Assembly: GCA_963845515.1 (NCBI GenBank)
Contig: CAWJSR010000012.1
Coordinates: 1-64,000, forward strand
Reading direction: 5' to 3'
DNA: 64,000 nucleotides
Source of the DNA: an uncultured delta proteobacterium
Lineage (GTDB): Bacteria; Myxococcota; Myxococcia; Myxococcales; Anaeromyxobacteraceae
Below are positions 19,390 through 33,675 of this stretch, one piece after another. The notes under the pieces are model-generated. The model had not been told where the DNA came from, made no database searches, and saw only the letters and a program-made list of their open reading frames with translations. The position numbers and the translations under genes were made by a program. Each line of letters starts with the position of its first letter. Position 1 is the first letter of the stretch.

Positions 19390-22300
19390 GCCGCTTCCGC
19401 AGCAGGAAGTGCTCCTCGGTCGACGCGAAGGCCAGGAGCGAGGCGATCTCGGGCCGCTCCAGCGCGGCCGCGGCCCGCTCCGCTGCCGTCAGGGTACGCC
19501 CGCCGAGGGCGCGCTCCCCCACCATCAGCGAGAGCGCGGTCGGGATGTCCCCGCAGAGCACCGCGCCTGCCCGCTCGGCCGAGAGCCGCGCGCCTGCGCG
19601 CCACTTCGCCAGGTCGGGGGCCGGGTGGATCGCAGCCAGCGCCCTGGCCGCGGGCTCCAGCGCCCGGCGCTCCCTGCGCCCCATCACCTTGCCGAGCTTC
19701 CGCACCAGCTCCTCCGAGGGCGTACCGGTGCCCGAGTAGCCGGGGACGACCGTGTTGACCGCCGCCGCGATCGCCGGACCGAGCGTCGCCTCCGGGAGCG
19801 TGTCCGCGAGGTGAGCCTGCTGCCGCACGCTGGCCAGCGCGCGTCCGAACAGGAAGCGGGTCTCCAGGGGGGTCGATCGGCTCGTGACGTCGAGCCCCAC
19901 CTCGAGCACAGGCGGCGTAGCGGCAGTGGCAGTCACCCGTCCAGGATCCCCGGGCCGGACGTCCCATGCCTCGATCCCCATCGCCGCCGCGAGCTCGGCG
20001 ACCTCCTCCCGCATTGGGTGGTCGGCCCGGATCGGATGAGTCGGCGGCGGGACCGCCGGGCAGATGGCCGACGTGATCGCGGGGCCGGCGACCTCGAGCA
20101 CGTCGGCGAGCGGTCCCTGGACCAGCGGGTGCCGGATCAGCGCCCAGTCCGACTCGGCCAGGACGGGGACCTGAGGAAGGTCTCGCAGTGTCCCCGCTGC
20201 GAGGAGGGCGTCGGCCTCGGGACCCGGAGACGGGGCGCCGAGCCACGCCAGGACGCCTGCAGCGACGAGGGCCCGATCCCGTGCGCCGGCCGCCGAGAAG
20301 ATCCGGTAGAGGGCGCTCCAGCTGTCGACCCGCGCGGGGGTGCCGGCGATGAGGGTCAGGTGCTCCTGGGCGGCGAGCGGGGATCCCGCCTCCTCGAGGA
20401 GGCGGGCCAGGAGGACGCGGGCGTCGTCGTGCTCCGGTGAGGTCGCGAGCGCCGCGTTCAACTGTTCGATCGCCCGGTCGCGGTCCTCGAGGCGATCGGC
20501 GCAGACGCGAGCGAGCGCGATCCTGGCCTGCAGCCGGGCGGTGTGGTCAGGCGCTGTCTCGGCGGCGAGCTCGTGCGCCGCCGCCAGCCCTGCCCAGTTG
20601 GCGCGCCGCTCCTCGAACTCCGCGAGGAGCCGGAGGGCGCGGGGATCGCCAGGGTGTGCCTCCAGGGCCCGCCGGCAGGCGTCGGCAGCGGCGCCGAGAT
20701 CACCGCGAGCCGCCTCGATCGGTGCGAGCCCGAGCAGGTGCTCCGCCCGTGCGGCCGCAGAGGTGGAGGGGAGGTCCGCGAGCCGCCGCAGCGCGTCCGC
20801 GGCAGCGGGGAGGTCCTGCGCGTCGAAGTGGAGCCGCGCCAGCCGTCCGAGCGCCTCGGGGCTCTCGGGGGAGAGCGCGAGCGCAGCCTCGAGGTGCCGG
20901 AGCGTGGCCACCGGGTCCGACTCCGAGTCCTGCAGGAGCGCCGCCGCAGCGAGGTGGAGGGGAAACCGCGGCGGCCCTTCCTGGGTGAGGCCGATGCAGG
21001 CCTGGTAGTCGTCGACCGCCTCGCGGATTCGCCCCTCCTCGCCCAGGGCGCGCGCCCGAAGGGCGAGGGCGGGCGCGAGGGCGGGCTGGGCGGCGAGGGC
21101 ACGGTCGAGCGCGTCGAGGAGGTCGCTGGAGCCGGCCGCCCCCATCAGCGACGCGATGCGCGCTACGTCGAGCCAGGCAGCGGCGGCTCGCTCCGGCTCC
21201 GTCTCCGACGCAGCCCGGGCGCGCTTCAGCTCGAGGAGCTCGAAGCTGCTCTGGCCGGCCACCAGCGCCTCGAGCCGCAGGAGGGCGGTCGAGTCCGACG
21301 GATCACGCTCCGCCGCGTTCCGGTAGTCGCGCGACGCGCTCTCGGCGTCGTCGAAGTGCTCCTCGGCGATGGCGCCGGCCCGGAGCCACGCTGCGGCGGA
21401 TCCCGCGCCGTCACGCCGCGCCATCCCCTCGACCTGGAGCGTGCCTCGGACCGCGGCCCAGTCACCGCTGCGGGCGAGGACGGCGCGCGCCGCGCGGAGG
21501 GCGGGGAGGTGCTCGGGCGCGACCGTGAGCGCCGCGCGGTAGGCGGCCAGCGCCGAGGAGTCGTCACCGGCCCGCTCCCAGGCCTCTCCTGCGCAAACGA
21601 AGCAGTGGGCCCGGAAGCCGGGGGACTCCTCCCGCTCTGCCGCGGCCTGGAGGCGCGCGGCGACGTCGGCGGGGGATCCCTGACGCATCGCGTCCGCGGC
21701 GTGCGGAGCGAGGGGGGCCTGCTCCGGCGCGATCGCGGCAGCGCGCGCGAGGATCGCGTCGCGCGCGGCACCCGGCTCCTGCTCCGCCGCCGCGCTCATG
21801 AGGATCACCGCGATGTCGGCGGCGTTGCTGGCCCCCTCGGAGAGCGCCGTCCGGATCTGGGCGCGCGTGTGCGCCGGGAGTCCACCGGCGAGCGCGACCA
21901 TCGCCGGAGCACCCGAGGCGCGCATGCGGCCGAGCGCCTGGGCCGCTTCGCGGGCTGCGGCGCGGTCTCCGCCGTCGCCGAGCTCCATCGCCACCCGCTG
22001 GACCAGCAGCTCCGTCGTGGCCGGCGCCGAAGGGCCGCTGCGGAGCGCTCGGAGGGCGTCCCTGCGCCGCGCGTGCGAGTGGAGGCGGTCGAGGGCGGTG
22101 CGCGCGAAGAGCTGCCCGGGGTCGGCGGCGAGCGCCTCCTCGTACGCGGCCACGGCCTGCGTCGTGTCGCCCAGCTTCTCCTCGCAGAGCCGAGCCGCCT
22201 CCACCAGCGAGGCGCCCTTCACCTCCGGGACCTGCGTGGCCGCGGCCCGCGACCGGAGCACCTCGATGAGCGCCTCGGAGTCGCCCCGGCGCCTGTAGAT

Positions 22301-24391
22301 GCCGGCGAGCGACTCGAGCGCGCTCAGGTGGTCGGGAGCCAGCGTGAGCGCCTCGCGGTAGAGCAGGGTCGCCTCTTCGTCGCCGCCGGACATGCGGCTC
22401 GCGATGGCGCCGGCCCGGACGAGCATGGCGGCCGCGGTCGCCGGCGTCGGGGCGCTGTCGGCCTCCCGTCGCAGGAGCGAGATCGAGTCGGTGGTCCGCT
22501 CGGCGCTGGCGTGGAGCCGTCCGAGGGCGCGCTGGGCCGGGACGTGACGCGGATCGATCCCGAGCACCTGCTCCCACTCGAGCCTGGCCGCCTCGGGGTC
22601 GGAGAGCCGCTCCTCCAGGAGCTCGGCGCGGCGCGCGTGGATGGCCGCACGGCGGCGTGGATCGTCGACGACGCTCCCCTCGCAGCCGAGCACCTCGACG
22701 AGCTCCCGGTCGCGCCCCAGCTTCTCGAGGCACCGCGCCAGCGCTCGCAGAGCCAGCAGGTGCTCCGGCTCGACGACGAGGAGCCGCCTCCAGGTCTCGG
22801 CGGCGGCGGCGGTATCCCCGAGCCGTTCCTCCTGGATCTGCGCCATCCGGAAGAGCTGTGCGACGCGCTCCTGGCGCGCGTTCAGCTCGGCCAGATCGGC
22901 CTCCAGGATGCCGAGCAACTGCGCCCAGCGCTCCGCCCTGGTGTAGAGCCGCTCCAGCGCGTCCCGCGCCGGCACGAGTGACGGATCCGTCGCGAGGGCG
23001 GCGCGATACTGCTCGAGCGCCTCCTCCGTCCGGCCGAGCCGACCCTCCATGACCTCGGCCGCCCGCAGCAGGAGCAGGCTGCGATCGGCCGCGTCCACCG
23101 CGGCGTCCGCCTCGGCCAGGTAGGCGGTGGCCACCCCCTCGAAGTCGCCGATCCGCGCGCAGAGGCGCCCGAGCGTGGAGAGGATGGCGCGCTCCCCGGG
23201 GACCAGCGCCAGGGCCTCCCGGCAGGCGGCGAGCGCCTCGGGTACCCGCCCGCGCAGCTCCTGGAGCGTCGCGAGCCTCAGCAGGACGTCGACGGCCTCC
23301 TTCCGCTCTGCCGGGGCGCCCCTGCTGGCGAAGACCTCGGCGAGCGCAGAGAGCGCTTCCGTCTCCCCGGCGAGCTCGCCGGCCGCCTCCTGCGCGCGCG
23401 CGAGGGCGCGGAGGATCTCCGGCGAGCGCGGTGCCGCCTGGGCAGCGCGCTGGAGACACTCGATGGAGGCGGGGAGCCGGCCGAGCCGGCTGTCGACCCA
23501 TGCGGCCGCGGCCCACGCGGCCGCCGCCTCGCGCCCCGTCGCTTCTTCCGCCTCGGAGCGCAGGAGGGAGGCGAGCTCTTCCCATTTCCCCTCCGCGCGG
23601 GCGTGGCGGCGTGCAGCCGCGCGAAGGAACGGATCCTGGGGACGGCGGGCGAAGGCGGAGAGGTAGAGCTCGGCCGCGCGCTCCGGGTCCCCTAGCGACT
23701 CCTCGAGGAGCGTCGCGGCTGCGGCCTGGAAGTGTGGCGCGAGGGCGGCGTCCGCGACCGTCTCGGAGCAGCGCATCCAGGCTTCCGCCAGCGCGGCGGC
23801 GTCGCCCGCTGCCGCCGCGGCGGCCGCCTGCGCCTCGGCCACCGCGAAGGAGGCCGGGGCGGCCGAGGCGGCCTCCTTCAGCACCGCCTGGGCCTCCGGC
23901 ACCCGCCCCAGGCCGAGTAGCCAGCGAACGCGGTGGGCTGCAAGCTGCGCTCGGCTCGCGGGGTCGGCCTCCAGCCGCTCCTCCGCCGCGAGGACGTCGA
24001 CGACGAACGAGTCGTCGCCCAGGTGGGTCGCGAGTCGCCGGGCGGCGTGCAGGTTCGGTCGGAAGGTCGGGTCCCGCTCGAAGGCCCGCCGGTGGACGGC
24101 GAGAGCCTCGGCAGGGGAAGCGAGCCGCTCCTCGAAGATCCGGCCGGCCTCGAAGAGGAGGGCGGCGGCGGCGGGCGGATCCTCCGCCCTGGCCAGCGCC
24201 TCGCGCTCGTAGCCCGCAGCGATCGACGCCCAGTCGAGGGCGTCGAATGGCTCGGTGGGGGAGGCCTCGATCCGTGCCGAGATCTGGCCGGCGATGGAGT
24301 CGGCCAGGGCGTCGGCTAGCGCATCCGCGAGGGTGACCTCGGTGGTCGAGTCCCCACCATCGGGCCAGCCATCTGACTCCCGCTCCGGCAC
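19370..24391 (-). CDS. Giant TPR-repeat protein (1673 aa) with a degenerate M48-peptidase-like C-terminus
   Basis: Many helical repeats (ALATDPSLVPARDALERLY, ALTLAPDHLSALESLAGIY); C-terminal RFLFGRAL..SAERAGAVLCGD. Confidence 0.8.
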   Translation of the reverse strand: MPERESDGWPDGGDSTTEVTLADALADALADSIAGQISARIEASPTEPFDALDWASIAAGYEREALARAEDPPAAAALLFEAGRIFEERLASPAEALAVHRRAFERDPTFRPNLHAARRLATHLGDDSFVVDVLAAEERLEADPASRAQLAAHRVRWLLGLGRVPEAQAVLKEAASAAPASFAVAEAQAAAAAAAGDAAALAEAWMRCSETVADAALAPHFQAAAATLLEESLGDPERAAELYLSAFARRPQDPFLRAAARRHARAEGKWEELASLLRSEAEEATGREAAAAWAAAAWVDSRLGRLPASIECLQRAAQAAPRSPEILRALARAQEAAGELAGETEALSALAEVFASRGAPAERKEAVDVLLRLATLQELRGRVPEALAACREALALVPGERAILSTLGRLCARIGDFEGVATAYLAEADAAVDAADRSLLLLRAAEVMEGRLGRTEEALEQYRAALATDPSLVPARDALERLYTRAERWAQLLGILEADLAELNARQERVAQLFRMAQIQEERLGDTAAAAETWRRLLVVEPEHLLALRALARCLEKLGRDRELVEVLGCEGSVVDDPRRRAAIHARRAELLEERLSDPEAARLEWEQVLGIDPRHVPAQRALGRLHASAERTTDSISLLRREADSAPTPATAAAMLVRAGAIASRMSGGDEEATLLYREALTLAPDHLSALESLAGIYRRRGDSEALIEVLRSRAAATQVPEVKGASLVEAARLCEEKLGDTTQAVAAYEEALAADPGQLFARTALDRLHSHARRRDALRALRSGPSAPATTELLVQRVAMELGDGGDRAAAREAAQALGRMRASGAPAMVALAGGLPAHTRAQIRTALSEGASNAADIAVILMSAAAEQEPGAARDAILARAAAIAPEQAPLAPHAADAMRQGSPADVAARLQAAAEREESPGFRAHCFVCAGEAWERAGDDSSALAAYRAALTVAPEHLPALRAARAVLARSGDWAAVRGTLQVEGMARRDGAGSAAAWLRAGAIAEEHFDDAESASRDYRNAAERDPSDSTALLRLEALVAGQSSFELLELKRARAASETEPERAAAAWLDVARIASLMGAAGSSDLLDALDRALAAQPALAPALALRARALGEEGRIREAVDDYQACIGLTQEGPPRFPLHLAAAALLQDSESDPVATLRHLEAALALSPESPEALGRLARLHFDAQDLPAAADALRRLADLPSTSAAARAEHLLGLAPIEAARGDLGAAADACRRALEAHPGDPRALRLLAEFEERRANWAGLAAAHELAAETAPDHTARLQARIALARVCADRLEDRDRAIEQLNAALATSPEHDDARVLLARLLEEAGSPLAAQEHLTLIAGTPARVDSWSALYRIFSAAGARDRALVAAGVLAWLGAPSPGPEADALLAAGTLRDLPQVPVLAESDWALIRHPLVQGPLADVLEVAGPAITSAICPAVPPPTHPIRADHPMREEVAELAAAMGIEAWDVRPGDPGRVTATAATPPVLEVGLDVTSRSTPLETRFLFGRALASVRQQAHLADTLPEATLGPAIAAAVNTVVPGYSGTGTPSEELVRKLGKVMGRRERRALEPAARALAAIHPAPDLAKWRAGARLSAERAGAVLCGDIPTALSLMVGERALGGRTLTAAERAAAALERPEIASLLAFASTEEHFLLRKRLRVALG

Positions 24392-24423
24392 GTGAGCCCC
24401 CTGGCGGGTCGTCCGCCGGCTCG

Positions 24424-24630
24424 CTAAGTCTCGAACCGGTCGATCTTACCGTGCTTCTGGAGGATTTCGAGGGCGCCCTTCGTGACCTTCTCCTTGTCGC
24501 CACCCTGGAGCTTGACGACCAGCGGGGAGATCCCGGGATCCGCGGGCCTCACTGCGACGGCCCAGCCGTCGCCGAGATCCCTGTCCGCGGTTACGGTGCA
24601 CTCGGTGTTGCCGATGAAGGCTCGCGCCAT
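24424..24630 (-). CDS. Small hypothetical protein (68 aa)
   Basis: AGGAGAG RBS upstream; GC-rich third codon positions; protein-like composition. Confidence 0.7.
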   Translation of the reverse strand: MARAFIGNTECTVTADRDLGDGWAVAVRPADPGISPLVVKLQGGDKEKVTKGALEILQKHGKIDRFET

Positions 24631-24785
24631 CGGTCTCTCCTGAAAGCGATGAGGGGTCGAAAACCGGCGCGACGATAGCCCAAAGGCGGTCGATCCGAAA
24701 GGCGAACCTGCAGTCGCCGGAGCACCTCCACAGCGGGCGAAACCGTGGTTAGAGTGGGGCCTTACGCGGGGAGGGAGGCAGGTCG

Positions 24786-26168
24786 ATGGAGCGGCTGCAG
24801 CTCGACGTAAACGGGTGCTTCGACTCTCAGGCGGGCGGGCTGGCCCGCGAGGAGCTCGCGTCGCTGGGCGGGGCGGCGGCGAGGGTCTACGAGACCTTCG
24901 AGGCGCGCAGGCGGACGGGAGAGATCGGCTTCCCCGACCTCCCGAGGAACCGGGGGCTCTCGCAGCAGACGGCCGGGCTCGCGCGCGAGCTGGCAGCTCG
25001 CTTCGACAACCTCATCGTCCTCGGCATCGGCGGGAGCTCGCTCGGCGGGCGAGCGCTCGTCGCCGCGCTGGCGCACCCGTTCCACAACCACCTCCCGAGG
25101 GTGCGACGGACGGGGCTCAAGGTCTTCTTCCCGGACAACTCGGATCCCTCGACGTTCGACGGGCTCCTCTCGGCGGTGGACCTCGCCGAGACGTGCTTCG
25201 CGACCATCACGAAGTCCGGCGGGACCGCAGAGACGATGGCGCAGCACCTCGTCCTGCGGGAGCGGTGCATCGTCCGGTTCGGCATGGCGGGCTATCGCGA
25301 GCGCTGCGTGCTCGTCACCGACCCGGCCAAGGGGGCGCTGCGCAAGATCGCGGACGACGACGGGCTGAGGGCCCTCGGCGTGCCGACCAACATCGGCGGC
25401 CGCTTCAGCGCGCTGAGCCCGGTCGGGCTCCTTCCGGCCGCCGCCGCCGGGGTCGACGTCGAGGCGCTGCTGGACGGCGCGGCCTCCATGGAGGAGCGCT
25501 GCCGCTCCGGATCCCCGCTCGAGAACCCGGCGCTGCTCTACGCCGCCGCGCTCCACCTGGCCGACGTGAAGCGGGAGCAGCGGATCCACGTGTTGATGCC
25601 CTACGCCGACGGCCTGCGCGACCTCGCCGACTGGTTCGTGCAGCTCTGGGCCGAGTCGCTCGGGAAGTCCGAGAAGGTCGGCCCCACGCCGTTCCGAGCG
25701 GTCGGTGCCACCGACCAGCACTCGTCCATCCAGCTCATGATGGAGGGACCGAAGGACAAGCTCGTCACGTTCGTTCGCGTGGAGACTCCGCGCGCGGACG
25801 TGAAGATCGACGTGCCCGAGCCGTATCGGGAGCACGCCGAGATCGCCTACCTCGACGGTCACACGATGCGCGAGCTGCTCGACGCGGAGCTCACGTCCAC
25901 CGAGGCCGCGCTCCGCAGGGCCGGCCGGCCGAGCCTCCGGATCACGCTCCCGAGGCTCGACGCCCGCACGATGGGCGAGCTCGTCATGTTCTTCGAGCTC
26001 GCGACGGCCTATGCGGGCGGGCTGTACGGCGTCAACCCGTTCGACCAGCCGGGGGTCGAGGCGGGGAAGCGCTACGCGCAGGGGCTGCTCGGGCGGCCGG
26101 GGTACGAGAAGGCGCGGGAGGAGCTGCTGTCGCGCCCCGCGGCCGACCCGGCGCTCGTGCTGGGGTGA
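24786..26168 (+). CDS. pgi: Glucose-6-phosphate isomerase
   Basis: LGIGGSSLG, TKSGGTAET, GGRFSALS, QLWAESLGK, DQHS, NPFDQPGVEAGK. Confidence 0.95.
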   Translation: MERLQLDVNGCFDSQAGGLAREELASLGGAAARVYETFEARRRTGEIGFPDLPRNRGLSQQTAGLARELAARFDNLIVLGIGGSSLGGRALVAALAHPFHNHLPRVRRTGLKVFFPDNSDPSTFDGLLSAVDLAETCFATITKSGGTAETMAQHLVLRERCIVRFGMAGYRERCVLVTDPAKGALRKIADDDGLRALGVPTNIGGRFSALSPVGLLPAAAAGVDVEALLDGAASMEERCRSGSPLENPALLYAAALHLADVKREQRIHVLMPYADGLRDLADWFVQLWAESLGKSEKVGPTPFRAVGATDQHSSIQLMMEGPKDKLVTFVRVETPRADVKIDVPEPYREHAEIAYLDGHTMRELLDAELTSTEAALRRAGRPSLRITLPRLDARTMGELVMFFELATAYAGGLYGVNPFDQPGVEAGKRYAQGLLGRPGYEKAREELLSRPAADPALVLG

Positions 26169-26237
26169 CGCCGAGGTGGGCGTGCGGGACGCGCGCCCGG
26201 GGAGGGCGGATGGCAAGGCGGAACAGGAGGCATTAGG

Positions 26238-26495
26238 ATGGGGATTGCGATGCGGGCACTCAAGGCACACGTGAAGGGCGGACGGCTCCTGCTGGACGAG
26301 CCGACCGAGTTGCCGGACGGCGAGGAAGTCGAGTTGGTTCCGCTCGACGAGGTGCTCGCCAGCGGCGGGGACTATCTGGGCGACGAGGAGCGCGAGCGTC
26401 TGCACGAGTCGCTTCGTGAGAGCATCAGGCAGCTAAAGGCCGGCCAGATGGTGGACGCGGCGACGGCCCTCGCCGAACTGCGCGCCCACCGATGA
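26238..26495 (+). CDS. Putative type II antitoxin
   Basis: Small acidic protein directly upstream of the toxin with ATGA overlap; N-terminus RALKAHVKGGRLLLDEPTELPDGEEVEL. Confidence 0.7.
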   Translation: MGIAMRALKAHVKGGRLLLDEPTELPDGEEVELVPLDEVLASGGDYLGDEERERLHESLRESIRQLKAGQMVDAATALAELRAHR

Positions 26496-26788
26496 CCCTG
26501 CGTCTTACGCCACGCGCGCTGGCAGAGGCCAAGCGCATCAAGACGTGGTGGCGTAGGAACCGGCCGGCGGCTCCCAGCATGTTCGACCAGGAGTTCGCGG
26601 CTGCGCTTGACCGAATCGCGCAGTTGCCGGGGGTAGGCAAGCTGTACGTGGAGGGGGACCTCGACGTGCCCGTCCGGCGCGTGCTCCTCCCCAAGACGCT
26701 GAACCACGTCTACTACACCGTCGCAGGGCAGGACGTGGTGGTGCTCTCGGTCTGGGGCACTCTGCATGAGCGCGGCCCGCGGCTGTAG
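26492..26788 (+). CDS. RelE/ParE-family toxin
   Basis: LRLTPRALAEAKRIKTWW..VRRVLL..HVYYTV..VVVLSVW; 98 aa, basic. Confidence 0.8.
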   Translation: MTLRLTPRALAEAKRIKTWWRRNRPAAPSMFDQEFAAALDRIAQLPGVGKLYVEGDLDVPVRRVLLPKTLNHVYYTVAGQDVVVLSVWGTLHERGPRL

Positions 26789-27005
26789 CCCGCCCCCACG
26801 AACGCGCCGCGCGAGGTCCGGCCAGCCCCGAAGTTGATGCCAAGTGTACTCCCCACGCGTCGCCCGCAGCTCCGCGCCCAACTGCGGGCCGGAGGGTGAA
26901 GCTCCAAATCCTCCCTCGCGCGCAGGCACAAGTGCGCACACCGAAGCTGTTCGACGAGCGTCTGTAGCCTGGGCCGGCGAGGGCGGACCGTGCTACGTAT
27001 CCCCG

Positions 27006-28814
27006 ATGGCCCGCGTCCACCTCCTCCCTCCCGGTCTCGTGAACCAGATCGCCGCCGGCGAGGTGGTCGAGCGCCCTGCGTCCATCGTCAAGGAGCTGGC
27101 GGAGAACTCGCTCGACGCCGGCGCCCGGAACGTCACGATCGACATCGAGGAGGGCGGGCTGGCGCTCGTGCGGGTCGCGGACGACGGGTCGGGGATGGAG
27201 CACGAGGACGCCCTGCTCGCGCTGGAGCGCCACGCCACCTCGAAGCTGGCCGACGCGGAGGGGCTGGCCGCCATCGCGACCATGGGCTTCCGCGGCGAGG
27301 CGCTCCCGGCGATCGCCTCCGTCGCGCGCTTCCGGCTCGACACGGCGCCCGGCGGCGACGGGTCGGGGACCCGGATCGTCGTGGAGGGTGGAGCGCTGGT
27401 CGAGTCGGCGGCCGTCGCCCGCGCGCGGGGGACGACCATCGAGGTGCGCGACCTCTTCTTCAACACGCCCGCCCGCCGGAAGTTCATGCGCGCCAGCGCC
27501 ACCGAGGCGAGCCACGTGAGCGAGGCGGTCGTGCGCCTCGCCCTCGCGCGACCCGACGTGGGGTTCACCCTCAAGTCCTCGGGCAGGCTGCTCTTCGGCG
27601 CTCGCGCCGGCGGCGACCTGGCCGATCGGGTGGGGCAGGCGCTCGGCCGCGAGGCCTTCCGCCACCTCGTGGCTGTGGACGGGCGGCGCGGCGAGGTCGG
27701 CGTGCGCGGCTTCGTCTGCTCGCCGGACCACTCCGAGGCGACTGGCCGCTCGCTCTACCTCTTCGTGAACGGGCGCTACATACGAGACCGCTCGGCGGCG
27801 CACGCCGTCCTGAGGGCCTACATGGGGACGCTCCCAGGGGGCCGATACCCGGCGGGCGCCCTCTTCGTGGAGCTCCCGCTGAACCGGGTCGACGTCAACG
27901 TCCACCCGCAGAAGCTGGAGGTGCGCTTCGCCGAGCCTCGCGAGGTGCAGGAGGCGCTCAACCGCACGGTCGCGGAGGCGCTCAGGACTGCGCCGTGGCT
28001 CCGGCCCGACGGGGCGGGGCGGCCGCAAGCCGGCCAGGCGATCCCGCCGGCGCCCGCAGGAGGCTGGCCCTCGGAGGTGCGCGAGCGCGATGGCGCGGAG
28101 AGCGTCCTTGCCCTGGCGCGCGCGCTCCACGCGCCCGAGGGAAGCGGCGCCTCACCGCTGCCTGCCAGCGCGGCGCCGGCGCTGCCGTTCAGGGTCGACG
28201 GCGGGGAGGGGATCTCACCTTCCGCCGGGTACTTCGCCTCGCTGCGCTACATCGGCCAGCACGCCAGGACCTACCTCCTCTGCGAGGGGGCGGGGGGCAG
28301 GCTGGTGATCATCGATCAGCACGCCAGCCACGAGCGGATGCTCTTCCACCGGCTGCGCGAGGCGGCCCGCGCCCGGACCCTCGCCGTGCAGCCGTTCCTG
28401 CTTCCACAGGTGGTCGCGCTCTCGCCCGGGGCGGCCCGGTCCATCGAGGCCCACCGCGAGGAGATCGCCCGGCTCGGACTGGAGGTGGAGCCCTTCGGCG
28501 GCGAGAGCTTCGCGGTGAAGGGTGCGCCGGCCGCGCTCGCTGGGGTCGAGGTCGGGCCGCTCCTCACCGACCTGTCGGACCAGCTCGGAGAGCTCGACCG
28601 GGGCACCGCCGTCGAGGACGCGTTCCACGACCTGCTGGCGACGATGGCCTGCCACGCCGCGGTGAGGGCTCACCAGGAGCTCGCGGCGGAGGAGGCGCGG
28701 GCGCTGCTCGACGGGCTGGACGCCATCGACTTCAAGGCTCGCTGCCCCCACGGCCGCCCGGTCGTGATGGAGCTGGAGCTGGCGGAGCTGGAGCGGCGCG
28801 TCGGCCGGCGTTGA
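27006..28814 (+). CDS. mutL: DNA mismatch repair protein MutL
   Basis: [37 protein letters not shown], endonuclease motif [17 protein letters not shown]. Confidence 0.97.
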   Translation: MARVHLLPPGLVNQIAAGEVVERPASIVKELAENSLDAGARNVTIDIEEGGLALVRVADDGSGMEHEDALLALERHATSKLADAEGLAAIATMGFRGEALPAIASVARFRLDTAPGGDGSGTRIVVEGGALVESAAVARARGTTIEVRDLFFNTPARRKFMRASATEASHVSEAVVRLALARPDVGFTLKSSGRLLFGARAGGDLADRVGQALGREAFRHLVAVDGRRGEVGVRGFVCSPDHSEATGRSLYLFVNGRYIRDRSAAHAVLRAYMGTLPGGRYPAGALFVELPLNRVDVNVHPQKLEVRFAEPREVQEALNRTVAEALRTAPWLRPDGAGRPQAGQAIPPAPAGGWPSEVRERDGAESVLALARALHAPEGSGASPLPASAAPALPFRVDGGEGISPSAGYFASLRYIGQHARTYLLCEGAGGRLVIIDQHASHERMLFHRLREAARARTLAVQPFLLPQVVALSPGAARSIEAHREEIARLGLEVEPFGGESFAVKGAPAALAGVEVGPLLTDLSDQLGELDRGTAVEDAFHDLLATMACHAAVRAHQELAAEEARALLDGLDAIDFKARCPHGRPVVMELELAELERRVGRR

Positions 28815-28853
28815 GTCGCAGCCAGCCAAGGTCGTGGACTGAGCCCCGGAACG

Positions 28854-29387
28854 GTGGCAGATTCGCGGTGCGTGGCGCCGCGAGACCCCAAGCTGAAGCC
28901 CTACCGGGCCGCCCTCTGGGTGACCTACTTCGTGGTCATCCTGGTTCCGATCGGGCTGGTCGTGACGAGCGTGGTGCGCCACCTGCGCGGTCCGCACCGC
29001 CCGAACGGCGCCGTTGCCCTGCCGACACGCGCCGCAGCGCGCGTCTGCGTGCAGGAGCTGGAGGCGCTCAACGCCGATCAGAACCGGCACGCCTGGGCGC
29101 TCGGGCAGGAGATGGGGCGTCCGGACGCAGTCGCCAGGTTCCTCGCGTGGTCACAGGACTTCGAGCGGCGCGTGGAAGACCTCGGCGATCGCTGCCACCT
29201 GGACGGCGGGGCGCCGGACGCCGGCTTCCGCGGGCGGGCGGAGCTGGCGAAGGCGCGCGACTCCGTCCTCGCGCTTCACCGGGTGTACCGCGCGCAGGCG
29301 AACCGCTTCGCCCAGGAGGGGGCCGACCTCGCGATCGCCGCGGCCGCGGCGCTGGCCGAAGCCAAGGACGCTGCGCGCCGGCAGTAG
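28854..29387 (+). CDS. Hypothetical protein with an N-terminal TM helix
   Basis: ALWVTYFVVILVPIGLVV helix; coding-like codon bias. Confidence 0.7.
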   Translation: MADSRCVAPRDPKLKPYRAALWVTYFVVILVPIGLVVTSVVRHLRGPHRPNGAVALPTRAAARVCVQELEALNADQNRHAWALGQEMGRPDAVARFLAWSQDFERRVEDLGDRCHLDGGAPDAGFRGRAELAKARDSVLALHRVYRAQANRFAQEGADLAIAAAAALAEAKDAARRQ

Positions 29388-29396
29388 CGGCGCCGA

Positions 29397-30908
<1,512 letters not shown>

Positions 30909-30979
30909 CGTCGGACTATGACACGCGTGGCAGGGTCCAGGCCACCACGCGCGTCATGAGAGTCGGGGTCCGGCCGGCG

Positions 30980-33463
<2,484 letters not shown>

Positions 33464-33596
33464 CGTGAATCTCCTTGGGGCAACCGAAACCAGCGCGATC
33501 CCTTGCGTCTTCCGATACCCGTGGGTTCCCACTATATCAACAACAACGTCGGGGACCTGCCCGATTCCTGGCGATGTGCTCGTCGTTACAAGGGCT

Positions 33597-33626
33597 TTGA
33601 CAGCGGCTCGATCGCACCGATAGCAT
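33597..33626 (+). promoter_or_regulatory. Sigma-70-type promoter for the metallophosphoesterase gene
   Basis: TTGACA-N18-TAGCAT. Confidence 0.55.
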
Positions 33627-33675
33627 CCGCGAACACCGGCGGGCCACGCGACATCCAGGCCCGGGGGAGACCGCC

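Noticed and set aside
20543..24503. Very long alternative-frame and antisense ORFs (812 aa, 979 aa and many similar across the window)
   Set aside because: They are shadow ORFs expected in high-GC DNA: Arg/Gly/Pro-rich, motif-free and overlapping well-supported genes.
24640..24780. GNRA-like motifs (CCGAAAGG, GGCGAAACC) between the small ORF and pgi as a riboswitch
   Set aside because: The stems are too short and match no family I recognise; more likely divergent promoter DNA.
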